DNA from: Isurus oxyrinchus
Taxonomy: Eukaryota
Direction of reading: 5' to 3'
NCBI GenBank assembly: GCA_026770705.1
Contig: JANJGN010000034.1
Span: 6,634,001 to 6,698,000 of the forward strand
DNA: 64,000 nucleotides
A program made the translations under genes and the position numbers. The notes under the pieces are model-generated. The model was not told the origin of the DNA and did not search any database. It worked only from the letters and a program-made list of their open reading frames with translations. Shown in pieces: positions 1 to 10,999 of this stretch; the first letter of the stretch is position 1, and every line of letters starts with the position of its first letter.

Positions 1-911
1 GAAGGGAGTTCTCAGCGATACAGGTGGGGTAATTAAATTAATTTACTATTTCAGAAATCAGTTGTTCTCATTGACCGGTACCTTGCAAAGAACTAACTGT
101 CAAATAACATAAACCCTCATCCACATTCAATTTCACCATTAACATCATTGAAATCCATTACCTCAATACAAGTGAGTAATAATAGACTTGACAACATGTG
201 AATGCCGTGGTACAGTTCATTTAACAAAATGCTTCAATCCAACTGAACACACCTGGAAATTAGAGGCCAAGGATCAGTCAAAACCTCTGCAAAACACTAT
301 CACACCAAGTACTCACACGTAGAAATCTTCAGGTTTTCTGGTAGCACATACTTAGCTGGCAGCAATGTTTTAAATGAAGACATTACTTGAGTTTCATGGA
401 AATATTTATCTGCTGTCAAGGACTACTAAATAATCCTAAAAGAATCATTGCACTGCAAGAAGGAACTCAACGCCATTTAGTTCATTTGACGAGATGAATA
501 GTATGTGTTTCAGTTTAATATTAGCAGCACAGGTTCAATTCCCACCATGGCCGTGGTAGACTTCTGACCGGCCTTATTGCCCCGTTGATCGAAAATAGAA
601 GGCAATGGGAAGGCATAACTGACTAAAACTGCCAAAAAAAAAAACAGCTCAGGATGAAGAATCCGCTGATAGTATTCCATGAACATGGCTTTAGGCAACA
701 GGCACATAAGATACTAGACACCACGATTTATCTTACATGCGTGCATCATGGAATATTATTGTATGATTCAACTGTCTTTATTTAAAGGTTGTATAGACAT
801 TTTCGGATAGTACTATTGCCACTATGACTCTGAACTGTTGAAGCTTCAAGAAAGACTATGTGTCTAACAGCAGATTGTACATATTGTATCAATGCTGAAG
901 ATTACTATGAG

Positions 912-951
912 ATGCGTTTTTTTGTGTTTGCGTGTGAGTGCTGGATTGCGG
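912..951 (+). CDS. Candidate signal-peptide (leader) exon, MRFFVFACECWIA + phase 1
   Basis: ATG at 912 is followed by 13 mostly hydrophobic codons plus 1 nt and a consensus donor G|GTGAGT. Phase 1 matches every downstream exon. One Glu in the hydrophobic core weakens the call. Confidence 0.5.
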
Positions 952-1379
952 GTGAGTTCGCACTTCCTGGTCCTCATTGTTCAGGAGTTATCAGATTACA
1001 CTGTTCTATGATGACAAGGCTGGAAGTTGTTTGCAGGAGACAGAGAGCAGCGCGGTTAAGTTTGGCCTCGAGTGTGTAAAGCTCTAAAGCCAGGGTCAAG
1101 TAAGAGGTACTAATTGTTGCAGTGCAAATTAATTTGTTGATATAGATAATATTGTTTAGTGCTAAGATGAAGGATAAAATGTGGCGTTCATGTGCAGTTG
1201 CTGTGATTTGCATTGTGGCCTGCATGATGTAATTGACCATGCGGAGGTATTAATAGGCAAATTCACCTGCCTGACTCCTTTTTATCAATGTTAGTGGAAA
1301 ACTTAACGGAGATTTGTGCATATTAGTCATTGGAGTTCCATTCAAAAAAGATTAATCTTCAATTAGCTGCAAACAAGTT

Positions 1380-2165
1380 GATATCTGAAATTATAGCATA
1401 AGTGCTGGGAAAACTCAATGGGTCTGGCAGTGTTTAAGGAGATTGAAGCAACGTTAACGAGTCGAGTCCGTAAGGCACTTTTTTAAAGATGAAAGGTAAA
1501 ACTGCGCCCGGTTTTATGCTGTTAATCAGGTCGAGTGTGTGTGTGGTGTGGAGCAGCTGGAGCAACATAGCAGGTCAGCGATATGTTTGAGGGTAGCAGT
1601 GGTAAACTGACAAGGACGTCTTGGACACAAGGCACATGAGAGTAGTAAATGACTAAAGCAAGTGTTAATAGCAGCAGTAAGGTCATAATTATGAATATAA
1701 TAATGGCAGAACAAGAGTCAGAGCTTTCTGAAATCAAAGTGTTGGAACAAGGTACAGACTGACGCTTGGGGAAGGAGGCAGAGTGGTGATAGAAAAAACA
1801 AACAATGAAATGATGAAAAATTTCTTGGTCCTAAGATGTTGAAGCCAATGTTAAGTCCAGAACTATGGAAAATGTGTAATCGGAAGATTAGATGCAGTTT
1901 CCCGTTATTCATGGGCATTACTGGGACATTGTAGCAGGCCAAATTCAGAAACGCGAGCATGAGGACTGTAAGTGAATTAAACTGAAAAGAGAGGTCAGGG
2001 TTATGGTTGTGGAAAGCATGAAGGTGCTCTGTAAAGTGGTCACTAAGTCTGTTTTTAGACTCCCCAGTGTGGGGAAGACAGCATTTTATGTGCCGTCTTC
2101 AGCATACTAAATTGAAAGAAGCGCAAATTAATCGCTGCTTCACTCAAAAGCAGCTTTGGTGCCTG
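1380..2165 (-). mobile_element. Degenerate Penelope-like element 3' portion
   Basis: Similar along its length to the left arm of the Penelope pair at 22.6-23.5 kb (ggaaaactca..gtctggcag.. terminus, then reverse-strand endonuclease-region remnants). Confidence 0.7.
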
Positions 2166-2192
2166 ACATTTCTTGAATCTCCAAATTTACAG

Positions 2193-2582
2193 ATGTAATT
2201 GGTGCGAGAGGGGATTCAGGTGATAATCACGGCTGAACCTCCTAAGTATATGCCGAGGTAAAAGAGCAATATTATGGTGAGGTATCACTTCATCCTTGCT
2301 GTCGCCAGTGAGGGAGCAAATTCCAGCGCATTCAGTTTAAAGATTATGTGGCTGGTTCAGCTGAAACAGATGAAGTGCTGAATTCAACATATATGGGTCA
2401 AAGTGTCCTGTTGGTTAATTGAAGCCCGCCACAGACTGGACAGCCCCAGTAGTGTCTCCTGACCATCCAACGTTTTCTCTGTGCAGGATAAGGGTTTTCA
2501 TTTGTTTAAATCTCAGCAACATGACCATTATTGAGTGCCCAGCAAGCTCTTAGAAGACATGTTTCAGCTTTGCAGATGACAA
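2193..2582 (+). pseudogene. Disabled IgV-like exon 1 (V1)
   Basis: Acceptor tttacag| at 2192. Across frameshifts and stops it reads DVIGARG/IQVIITAEPPK..SNIMVRYHF..LKIMW..YMGQSVLL..CLLTI/NVFSVQDKGF/ICL, which gives the V-set W, LTI and D-x-G-x-x-x-C motifs. Possible donor A|GTCAGG at 2582. Confidence 0.55.
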
Positions 2583-2599
2583 GTCAGGAGTTAGGGTTT

Positions 2600-2720
2600 C
2601 TAGGCCATTTGAGGAGAAACATAGAAGGCAATCACATTGCTGTGTGCCTGGAACCACAACTAGGCCGCACAATCATAGGTGGACAGAGTTGCTCCGCAAA
2701 ATGTCATTACTGAAGTTTAT
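2600..2720 (-). mobile_element. HE1-type SINE fragment
   Basis: ggccatttgagg..aatcacattgctgtgtgcctggaaccaca..taggcc resembles the reverse complement of the elasmobranch HE1 SINE body (recognised from memory). Confidence 0.5.
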
Positions 2721-2959
2721 TACTGTTTTTGTCAGTATGAATGTTGCAGTGCTCATCATTAACGTGTCTAAATTTGTTGTTGCTTAGAGATTTGTGAAAT
2801 CTAATTAAGTTCCACTGGTTGCTTTTGTAAACACGAGTATGTTTTATGAGACTATTTGCCGGGGGCTGAAAATGAGCATTCCATTACAATACCAATGCCA
2901 TCACCCACATTTCGGACCCCCATCACTCCCCTGACCCCACCACCGACCACATCCCCCCA

Positions 2960-3420
2960 CTTCACAAGTAAATGCATAGCGGAGACTACTACCGCCTTTG
3001 ACGAGCACACAAACCGTGCATGGCAAAAGAGAAAGCTGATGTTTAAGATCAATATGCTTGTTTACGAGTCTTGTCTTCTCAGCACATTTTGTTATTGATG
3101 TGAAGCTTGGTTGGCTTAAATAAGTCAAATAATGTAGGGTAAGTTCTGTTTTCTTTTCATCTGTGATTAATTTAGCGAGTTCCTGGTATGCCATTAAAAC
3201 ACAACACGTATGTGACAGCTTGCTGAAACAGAACTTCTCAAGTTTCCGCCCAATTATCAAGCAGAGAACATGTTGCACTCTGGTACATGGTGCAGGATTA
3301 ACGACGGGGGCATTCACATGGAGGTATTCCTACTGAGGAGTTAGCTAGAGCCATAAAGACATTATAATACACAATGCTTATCTTCAATGATGCTTGGACG
3401 TGTGTCATTAAGGACCCAAG
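2960..3420 (+). mobile_element. Degenerate RTE-clade LINE fragment (RT C-terminal region)
   Basis: Translation CIAETTTAFDEHTNRAWQKRKLMFKINMLVYESCLLSTFCY*CEAW matches the RTE motif A..AF..L..RVW..R.L...TK..VY...VL.TLLY..E.W. Confidence 0.7.
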
Positions 3421-3594
3421 CATCGAATTTTTAAATTTTATTTTTGGCTGAACAGGTACAAAATATTAAACAACAAGAGAGATAAAGAGTGACACTAAAT
3501 GTTTGCAAGCATAACGTTCGGTGCCTGCAGCAGTTTGAGAATATGCATTACATCATCCCACAATTAGATCTCATCATAATCTCATTTGTGGCAG

Positions 3595-3800
3595 CTTTGG
3601 CGCAACCTACCTCTCAGGAATCATTCACTTTAGACATCAGCAAAAGTGCACTATGTGTAATTATCCCATGTCGATATGTTAGCTGCAGGTGCCTCATCGC
3701 ATGCGGAGATAAAAATGTCTATGTTATAATGAGTAATATATGATTTTGCCCCATGTCCACAACCTCTAATGTGAATTATTACAGTACAAAACATGAAAGG
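3595..3800 (+). pseudogene. Disabled, shortened IgC-like exon (C1)
   Basis: Acceptor gtggcag|. Phase-1 reading ALAQP.., shifted frame KCTMCNYP, then VSC (expected W) ..GDKNVYVIMSNI*..NVNYYS. This fits the B7/BTN IgC pattern C-x5-YP..V-x-W..(LF)-x-V-x-S..Y-x-C. Confidence 0.4.
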
Positions 3801-3832
3801 TAGTGGGAATATGTTTCCTTTGTTCCAAATAG

Positions 3833-4250
3833 ATGGCTGGTTTTGTTGTCAGCAGTGTAGGAGAAGCAGTCATCATACATTGTGCTCTGATTTGTCCACA
3901 TCCTTATGCTGTAGATCAGCATGATACAATTCCTGGACGTATTTTCCATTTAGCCGCTCTATACAGGAGAACGGTGGTGTTCAAATGCGGGCAAATACGT
4001 CATAACTGTTCAGCCACAGTTTACGGAATCTGTACTGAAGATTTAGAAACCACGCTTACATATTCCAGATAACATCGCTCGCAGAATTTGAGATCAACAC
4101 ACTGAAAATATGGAAATAGATGTAAAATTAAACGGCACAGAAACTGGAAGCTAAAAGTTTAAAACAAACGTTCCTGTAATTTAATGTTTTCTGCTGGAAT
4201 GAGAAAACTGTTCCCCTGTGTAAACAATTATCATTTAGGCATTAATGGTA
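3833..4250 (+). pseudogene. Disabled IgV-like exon 2 (V2)
   Basis: Across frameshifts it reads VVSSVGEAVIIHCAL..SWTYF..RFRNHAYIF/PDNIAR..ETGS*KF. GAA ACT GGA AGC TAA AAG TTT is three substitutions from D-T-G-S-Y-K-C. Confidence 0.55.
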
Positions 4251-4284
4251 ACTTATCACAGATGAATGAACCTTCGAACTACAA

Positions 4285-4940
4285 GACCTTGAGGGTTAAC
4301 ATTAAACAGAAACTGAATTAGACTAGACATATAAACATTATGGCTACACGAGCATTTCAGAAGCTACGACGAGTATCTCCACTCTGGTCTCTCCACAGAA
4401 TTCCCTTCTACAAGGTGCAAGACAGGAGCGTGATGTAAAATTGCCCCATTGCCTGGATGAATGCGGCTAGCATACCACTGGAGAAGCTTGACATCATCCA
4501 GGACAAAGCAGCCTGCTTGAGTAGCTCCACATCCACAAACATTTACCCCCTCTACCACCGATGCAAAAAAGCAGCAGTGCGTATCATCTGCAAGATGTGC
4601 TGCAGGGATTCAACATGCACCTTAGAAAGCACGATCCACAAACACAGCCACTACCATCTAGAAGAAACCATGGCAAAGATATATGGGAACCCTACCAACT
4701 GAAAGTTGCCCTCCAAGACTCTCACTATCCTGACCAGATAATATAGCTACGTTCCTTCATTGTCACTGAGTCAAAATTCTGGAACCCCCTTCCTAACAGC
4801 ATTATGGGTATAAATACATCACATGGACTGCACTGATTGAGGACGGCAGCTCAACACTACCTTGCCAAGGGCAACTCGAAATTGCCAATAATTGCTGCCC
4901 TAGGCAGAAAGGCCTATATCTGGTGAATGTATAACAGAAA
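4285..4940 (+). mobile_element. HER1/CR1-type LINE 3' fragment
   Basis: Homologous to the 3' end of the 28.3-31.0 kb element. ORF2-tail translation WMNAASIPLEKLDIIQDKAACL; ends near gtgaatgtataa. Confidence 0.75.
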
Positions 4941-5138
4941 AGAATAACTGAATTCACCACCTGCAAATGTTTCTGTCGTGCATACTTTGTAAGAGTTTGT
5001 TGTGAAGACGACTTTCATGCGATTAAACTGATTGCAAGGCTAAATCTATTAGCGAGGTATCATGGTAATAAAAGTCGCAGAAATGTAGGGTAAACCTGAC
5101 AACTATCAGATTTACGACTTTAACTGGTAATGCGTCAG

Positions 5139-5447
5139 CTTTATACTTTTCTGTTAGTTGTCGTTTAGAATAAAGATGAGGCCGGGTGTTCTCTCCGCTG
5201 TTATCAAGGAGGCATTCCGTTTTCATTGCAGTTGTTTTATTTTATCTATTTAGTGCATTTCAGGCAGAAATTGTGACTCATTCACATAACAAAGATTAAC
5301 TTCGCAGTTCTTCCGAATGAGTGTTTATGCTAACTTCACTAAGAATAGATCTGATATTCGAACGTATTTATTTATTTATTTATGACGTCACAACGGAAAG
5401 CCATTATGACAACATATGTCTCTGCTTAACGTCCATTCAAAAAGGCC
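5139..5447 (+). pseudogene. Disabled B7-type IgC exon (C2)
   Basis: gcgtcag|..|gtaaaa, 309 nt, phase 1-1. Reads ALYFSV.. / shifted SLRCYQGGIP / ..SSE*VFMLTSLRIDLIFERIYLF, compared with the B7-family IgC motifs LTC...GGYP and LFNVTSTLRI....Y.C. Several stops. Confidence 0.6.
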
Positions 5448-5610
5448 GTAAAATGGTACCCGCATTCTTCCAGATGATGAAAAGTCGTGACAATCTTCCA
5501 GACGGTCCGTATTAACTCTTATCTGAGCCAAATTACATCACTGGACGTTTTCAACTTTCTCTCAATTTTACCTCATTGAGTGGTAGTCTATGCTTTCCAA
5601 CTCTTCTCAG

Positions 5611-6001
5611 CGATAGTTGAGCAGTTTCATTTTTCCTTTTCGTGGAACAGTAAAGAACAGGTTATGTATGTGGAGGTTAAAGTTGCTCCTGAACTTGCTA
5701 CTTCAATACTTCCAACCGTTGCTTCAATTATCGATCCCGAAAGATACACAAAGCTCCACGAATGATCATCAATATCTTTTAGCACACGATAAGTCGGACA
5801 ACACTATGAGGCTCAAATAATGGCGAAAACTGAAGGAATTTTAACATGCAGAATTGGCCACAAACTGGAAGCTGAATACTCAGAAATGCATTCGGATTGG
5901 GACTCCACAGAATGTCCGAGCAGCCTTCCACTCAAAACAGCAGGGACACAAATTTCGAGAATTTGCGCATACCAGCCATGCAGAGCACGAATTCATATGC
6001 G
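5611..6001 (+). pseudogene. Disabled IgV-like exon 3 (V3)
   Basis: Strong acceptor ctcttctcag|. Across frameshifts it reads EQVMY/GG/KLLL/TCYFNTSN..TGS*ILRNA/HSD-x-GLH/EC (V-set C-x-F and D-x-G-x-Y-x-C remnants). The 3' end is uncertain. Confidence 0.45.
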
Positions 6002-6221
6002 GTTTGGACTGGAGCTGGCACCTATTCACCTGATTCGAAAGATTTGTTTTCTTTTTCTCGCTGTTGATACAACAACTCCAGGGTCCCAAGAACGATCCTG
6101 ACTAAAATAGATCCGCAGAGCTATTTCAGGCATGAGTTCAAAATGTTAATAAATCCTGAACTTTCTCATTGCTCGTAAAAATGTATAACAGTATTCAAAG
6201 TTGTTCACCTCTGTTTGACAG

Positions 6222-6531
6222 CTGTATAAAACAAGCACTTGCATGTGAGATGAACCCGGAACTCGGTAGACTCGCGTTGCGCCCATGATATCATTTGGCC
6301 TCGCGCTGCCTGTGCTCCACTATGGCATTTGCCTCGGAAGTCTATTGCAGAAAGATGCTGAGATTGTGGACGTTACCAGCAACATTAGAAATTCACAAGT
6401 TTTCTGTACGGCCACGGTTGAAAAGCCTTACTTCACCACTGACCTCAAAACTCAGACTGATTTATATTATCAATCTTTTTATTCGACGAGATTTTGAAAA
6501 TTGCAAATTTCCGGCACATGATTTGATACAG
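6222..6531 (+). pseudogene. Disabled BTN/B7-type IgC exon (C3)
   Basis: tttgacag|..cag|gtcatc. Reads AV*NKHLHVR*TRNSVDSRCAHDIIWPRAACAPLW / QKDAEIVDVTSNIRNSQVFCTATV..KLQIS, giving the IgC C..WP..W, DAE..DVTS and second-Cys motifs, with stops and a frameshift. Confidence 0.55.
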
Positions 6532-6728
6532 GTCATCATGGAGCCACTTACCTGGGAGAGTTAAGTTACAATAGAATGGCAGTCATATAAGACTGTGATG
6601 AGGTGAGATGATTAAATTGACTGCCACTGGGCTGCTGCAAGGATCATGCTGCATTCTCCAAGAAATGTTTTTTTAGGAAAGCTAAACACTAAACACAATG
6701 TTATTTTTTGTAAATTTGTTTATTTCAG

Positions 6729-6755
6729 AAAATAAGCTTCATGCCTGTGAGCGAG
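6729..6755 (+). CDS. Coiled-coil microexon, class B (27 nt): ENKLHACER
   Basis: tttatttcag|AAAATAAG..GAGCGAG|gtaaat; phase 1-1; paralogous to exons at 14186, 25385, 31597, 39520 and 61307. Confidence 0.8.
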
Positions 6756-7672
6756 GTAAATAAAATTCTGCCTTTGCAGTATATTGTACAGCCATTCAAG
6801 GCCTCTCCTATGCTTTGTTTCTAAAGCAAGCCTATCTCCGGAGTTTTTATGCTCCCATGGGCAGCCTGGAATGGAACAACATTTTTGTTGTTGTTACAGT
6901 GGCTTAAAAGTAGTTCCTGTGTTGATGTAACATGGGGAGATTTATTAGCAACTGCGTGTCAAATCGGTGGCCCTGTAAGATGTGTACCTATGCTCAAGGA
7001 TAATTCGACAGGGTCAAAGCCCATGAACGACCGCACCTCTCACACAGTTTAATCACCTTGCGTACCCCTTTTGGCACCGTAAATAGATACCACTGAAAAG
7101 CATCATTCAACCCAACAACGGCGCAAATAAGAAGTTAACATAAAATTGGCCAACAATGTTTGATTCATTATCTGTCCATCTTCCCTGCACCAGGAGAGAA
7201 AACCCCAATGAATTGTTGCTCCCCCTTCTAACATTAAAGATGTAGAGTGGAGAGCACGCCGTCACGGCTGGGCGATAGGAAGTACCCTGACTCAAGATTT
7301 GGGAGCCAAATCTCCTGTAACATCAGCACCAGTGCAGTCCCCACATCCGGCTCAAAGCACAGCTGTGCATTTCGCTAAACTCTTCTTGACTTTCCAGCTG
7401 GGTTAAAAAGATGCTGAATTTTAGGCTATGTTCTTAATCTTTACCCCACCAATAGGATCAATATTGATTAGACTTGTTCGATATGTGTTAATTGAAAGTG
7501 AGCGCCGATTCGCATTCCTTAAAGGTTTAATTGAGCCAAGGTGTAGTTTTGTCGTGCAGCAAAAAAAAAATGTCCTGGCTCACATTGTTGACGGACCATT
7601 TCTTTGGCAAGGACATTTAGAACCAATGACTTTTTCGCCTTGCAACATCCTTCAATTCACTATTCCTTACAG

Positions 7673-7699
7673 AACTGGTAGACAAATGCAAAAGCGATG
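7673..7699 (+). CDS. Microexon, class C (27 nt): ELVDKCKSD
   Basis: ttccttacag|..GATG|gtaagt; paralogous to 31719. Confidence 0.85.
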
Positions 7700-9092
7700 G
7701 TAAGTAGGAAAAGACTTTGATGTAACGCAATGAGCCTCTGTAGCATTCTAATCAGGGTTCATGCACAAAACTGGTTACAATTTAACCCTGGGTCGCTTAC
7801 GTGTTATAGGAAAGATTGCAGAGACCTTAGTTGCAGAGTTTGGTAGACGGGTTTACGAGGGAATTCGAAATTTTAAATTCCAGGCTTTTGGCCTGAATAC
7901 GTATAGTGACTGATGTTTGAAAATCAGGTAGACCTGTGTAGAGCGTCATATTTGGAGATGGACTCAGAATTTACAGTGTTGTAGAACCAGAAATGTTTGC
8001 AGAAATAGGGGACGACGAAACCATGATGATATTTCAAAACAGCACCTAAATCCATGAAATCAATGCGCTGCTGTCCTTGGGGCAATGTATGATTACGGCT
8101 TGCTGTGAGTTCTATATGAGCACAATGTTTTTGGGCGACCTCATGTTTCTGGAACGCAGGACATGGGAAGCCACCACAACGTGCAATAGAATGGGAAAGT
8201 TCATATGTTGCCATTTCCTGACTGAGGCACTCACTAGTGTATGGCATGAGGCTCAGAAGACATTGCACTATTTTTCGGAGTTGGAAATTACCATTTTGGC
8301 AAGAAGCGTGTATGTTGTTAGAATCCAAATGCGAGGTTATAAAAAATAAAGCTAGAACTTTTGCCATGTATCTGGCTGAACCAAAAACAGCTGAAAGGGA
8401 AGTTGATGGTGTTGAGGAATAAGGGTAGGATGTGAAGCAATCGGTGGATTAAGGAAGCACATTGATCCCAGTGGTGTTAGGGATTAAGAATGTTCCAGTG
8501 GTAGGCAAAAGCGAGGACACGAAGGGAATTGATAACAATGATGAGCATTGTAATTGACGCATTACCTGACTACGGACAAATGTATGCCAAAGTTAAGCTG
8601 CTTTTCAAATTCAAGGCACTTTATTTTTTCAAATAAGTGCGAGATTATGAGACATTGTTTTTATTGTCACAACGGGCAATGGCACAGCAACGGTGCTATC
8701 GGCTTAGCTCAGGATTTCCATCATCTTCTCAATAGAATAGGACAACCAATTGAATAACGAAGGATTGCACAACTTAAAGATAGGCCTGTATCATGCAATT
8801 GACCCCATCGCCCTTAACTGCAATTCTCCGCATTGCACAATGGCAAGCCTAACTGACATGAAGCAGATTTAGGAAATTGACATTTGAATAAAAATGTATG
8901 CCATGTAATGTTAAACAGAAATCTTTACAGAAAGATCAAATTGATTATTTCGCTAAAACATTGGGCCAACCTAATGTCATTGGTTATAAATCTATGCATG
9001 ATTATATTGTATATTTATGCTGGCCTAATGCAAAATATCCTGCACTGCAAAAAAAATGCTTTACTAAGATTTGCTCACTTTCTACATTGCAG

Positions 9093-9119
9093 CGCAAAGG
9101 CTACTTGAGAAAGATTTAG
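9093..9119 (+). CDS. Microexon, class D (27 nt): AQRLLEKDL
   Basis: tacattgcag|..TTAG|gtaaaa; paralogous to 15430, 26299, 34875 and 57323. Confidence 0.8.
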   Translation, partial: RKGYLRKI

Positions 9120-9205
9120 GTAAAATAATTGATTCTTAGGGTTATTCGCCAATTTATTGTAGACATTATTCGAATGCTATGGACTTGGAATTCTCATTTT
9201 TTCAG

Positions 9206-9256
9206 AACATACGAAAGTTCTATCATACTGTCTCGCAATTTATGCGTAGCTGGAAG
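9206..9256 (+). pseudogene. Class E 51-nt exon with in-frame stop: EHTKVLSYCLAIYA*LE
   Basis: Strong sites ttttttcag|..GAAG|gtaaga; phase 1-1; TAG at 9247-9249. Confidence 0.55.
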
Positions 9257-10056
9257 GTAAGAGTAGGCACAGATGATTTGTTTTCTTATGCATCATGAGG
9301 AAACAACCCTTCCACCTCTCATCCATGCCAGCATCCCTTCAACACCCCCACCGCCAACACACCACCCCTTCATGCCCGTTCGCTCGAAGACATGGACCAC
9401 CCTCAGAATTTTCATTAACAGCAGCGAAAAATCCTATGGGAAATAGGCAAAGAAAAAAACTCTCCAAAATTACCTTCCGAAACTCAAGAGATAAGGAGCA
9501 GTCCAATAAATGACATGGTTGAACGGTGAATCTCTATAAAGGCACAGTCTTTTGAGTATATTCCCTGCCGCAGTGAAGAGCCAATATAGCTCCTCTTCGA
9601 TGATGTACAAACAGTCTACCAACAGTGAATAAGCTAGTTACTGCAGATGCTCACTACTCTCCAAGAAAATAGGAACACGCTAGCATGCAATGTATTCTGA
9701 CCACTTAAAAACTTCAAGTGGCTGTTCACCGATCCTCTCGCTCCACGTAAACAGGAATTGTTTATCAACAGATACATTATGCAGGGTATCCGTCATGGTA
9801 TAATACCTGAATACTCCTGAAAAGAGAAATATGTTACCGAAGCTTATCGTTTTGCTCACATGAGGGCAGAAGCAGCAATTTCAAGCGGCCACGACAAATT
9901 ATTGATATCATTTTGCTTATTAGGTGGCAATGCGAATCTCTGTAGCCAAGGACTTGCAATGGAGGCAAAGAAAAAAAAATCTGTAGGCGTCCATGCTCTC
10001 CGACAATTACATCAATTGCACAAGGTTTAAACATTTTCCTTTTGCTCGCAGAGCAA

Positions 10057-10252
10057 GGCTGCCCTTGTAAGAATGCATGTCTCTTATATGAGCCATACAT
10101 AAGTGATGTAATGTGTGCAACTGATTATCTGACTATCTGAAATCTCTCACTCAGTCAGAGGCTGCTCTTGTAAGAATGCATGTCTCTTACATTACCCATA
10201 CATAAGTGACATAACGTGTGCAACTGACTATCTGACTATCTAAAATCTCTCA
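10057..10252. repeat. Imperfect tandem duplication, period 103 bp (2 copies)
   Basis: ggctgcYcttgtaagaatgcatgtctctta..cataagtga..gtgtgcaactga.tatctgactatct.aaatctctca starts at 10057 and again at 10160. Confidence 0.9.
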
Positions 10253-10999
10253 TCCTTACTATTTATCTAAAATCGTTTGCTATGGAGCTTTAGACATATG
10301 TAGGATTTCTCTGCATCTGCTAGCTAATTGCTAGCATGGGCTTGTTCCTGTATTCTTCCGCTTATGAACAACAGAATTAACATGCTATTTGATTCGATCA
10401 CCAGCCACTGAAAAAAAAGGCATGTATGCCTTCCTAGCACATGCAGTAAAATTAATGCACTCACAATGTTTTGGTAGGTAGGGCATATCTTAGGGCAGAC
10501 AGAAGGATCAAGTTAGTGCAAAATGCCACTCGCGTACTCTCTGCATAATGGCAGAGTTAAAAAAGGTCTCTTTGACGTGCTTTTCGTTTATGTTTTGAGA
10601 TATTTAATCTACCTAGGATAATTTGAGAAAGAGGGCACTTTTCAAGTCAGGAAGTGGCCTTTTCCCCAGTTGCGTATTTTAAATATAAGCACAATGAAAG
10701 AACGCATGGCTTGACTCTGTATATGAATGCGGCTGATAAAAATGCAAATAGCGTTCTAGCCATTTGCTCGCCTTATAAACTTTGTGCAAAAATATAGCAT
10801 TTCTAATACAACACTTGCAGGACAATGGCTATCCTGACCACGCCATTGTTCGCTCACAAATGAGCCAACGCCTGCCACTTATGCATCCGAAAGATGTCTA
10901 GTGACCCAAAAAATGTAAAGCATATACTGAAAAAGAACAGCATGTTTAAACAAAATTATACCATACTGCTACTTTGCACTGGCTATGCGAATGGTTAAT

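Noticed and set aside
3954-4045. Apparent similarity of WCSNAGKYVITVQPQF to WNSKEQVMYVEVKVAPEL (5.6 kb)
   Set aside because: Both regions are better explained as frameshifted IgV exons read in other frames; the resemblance is probably coincidental.
5200-5275. Hydrophobic stretch SVFIAVVLFYLFSAF as a TM exon
   Set aside because: It lies inside the disabled C2 exon, in T-rich sequence, in a frame with nearby stops.
6575-6602. Segment ending in the good donor GAG|gtgaga
   Set aside because: It is 28 nt, not frame-preserving, with a poor polypyrimidine tract.
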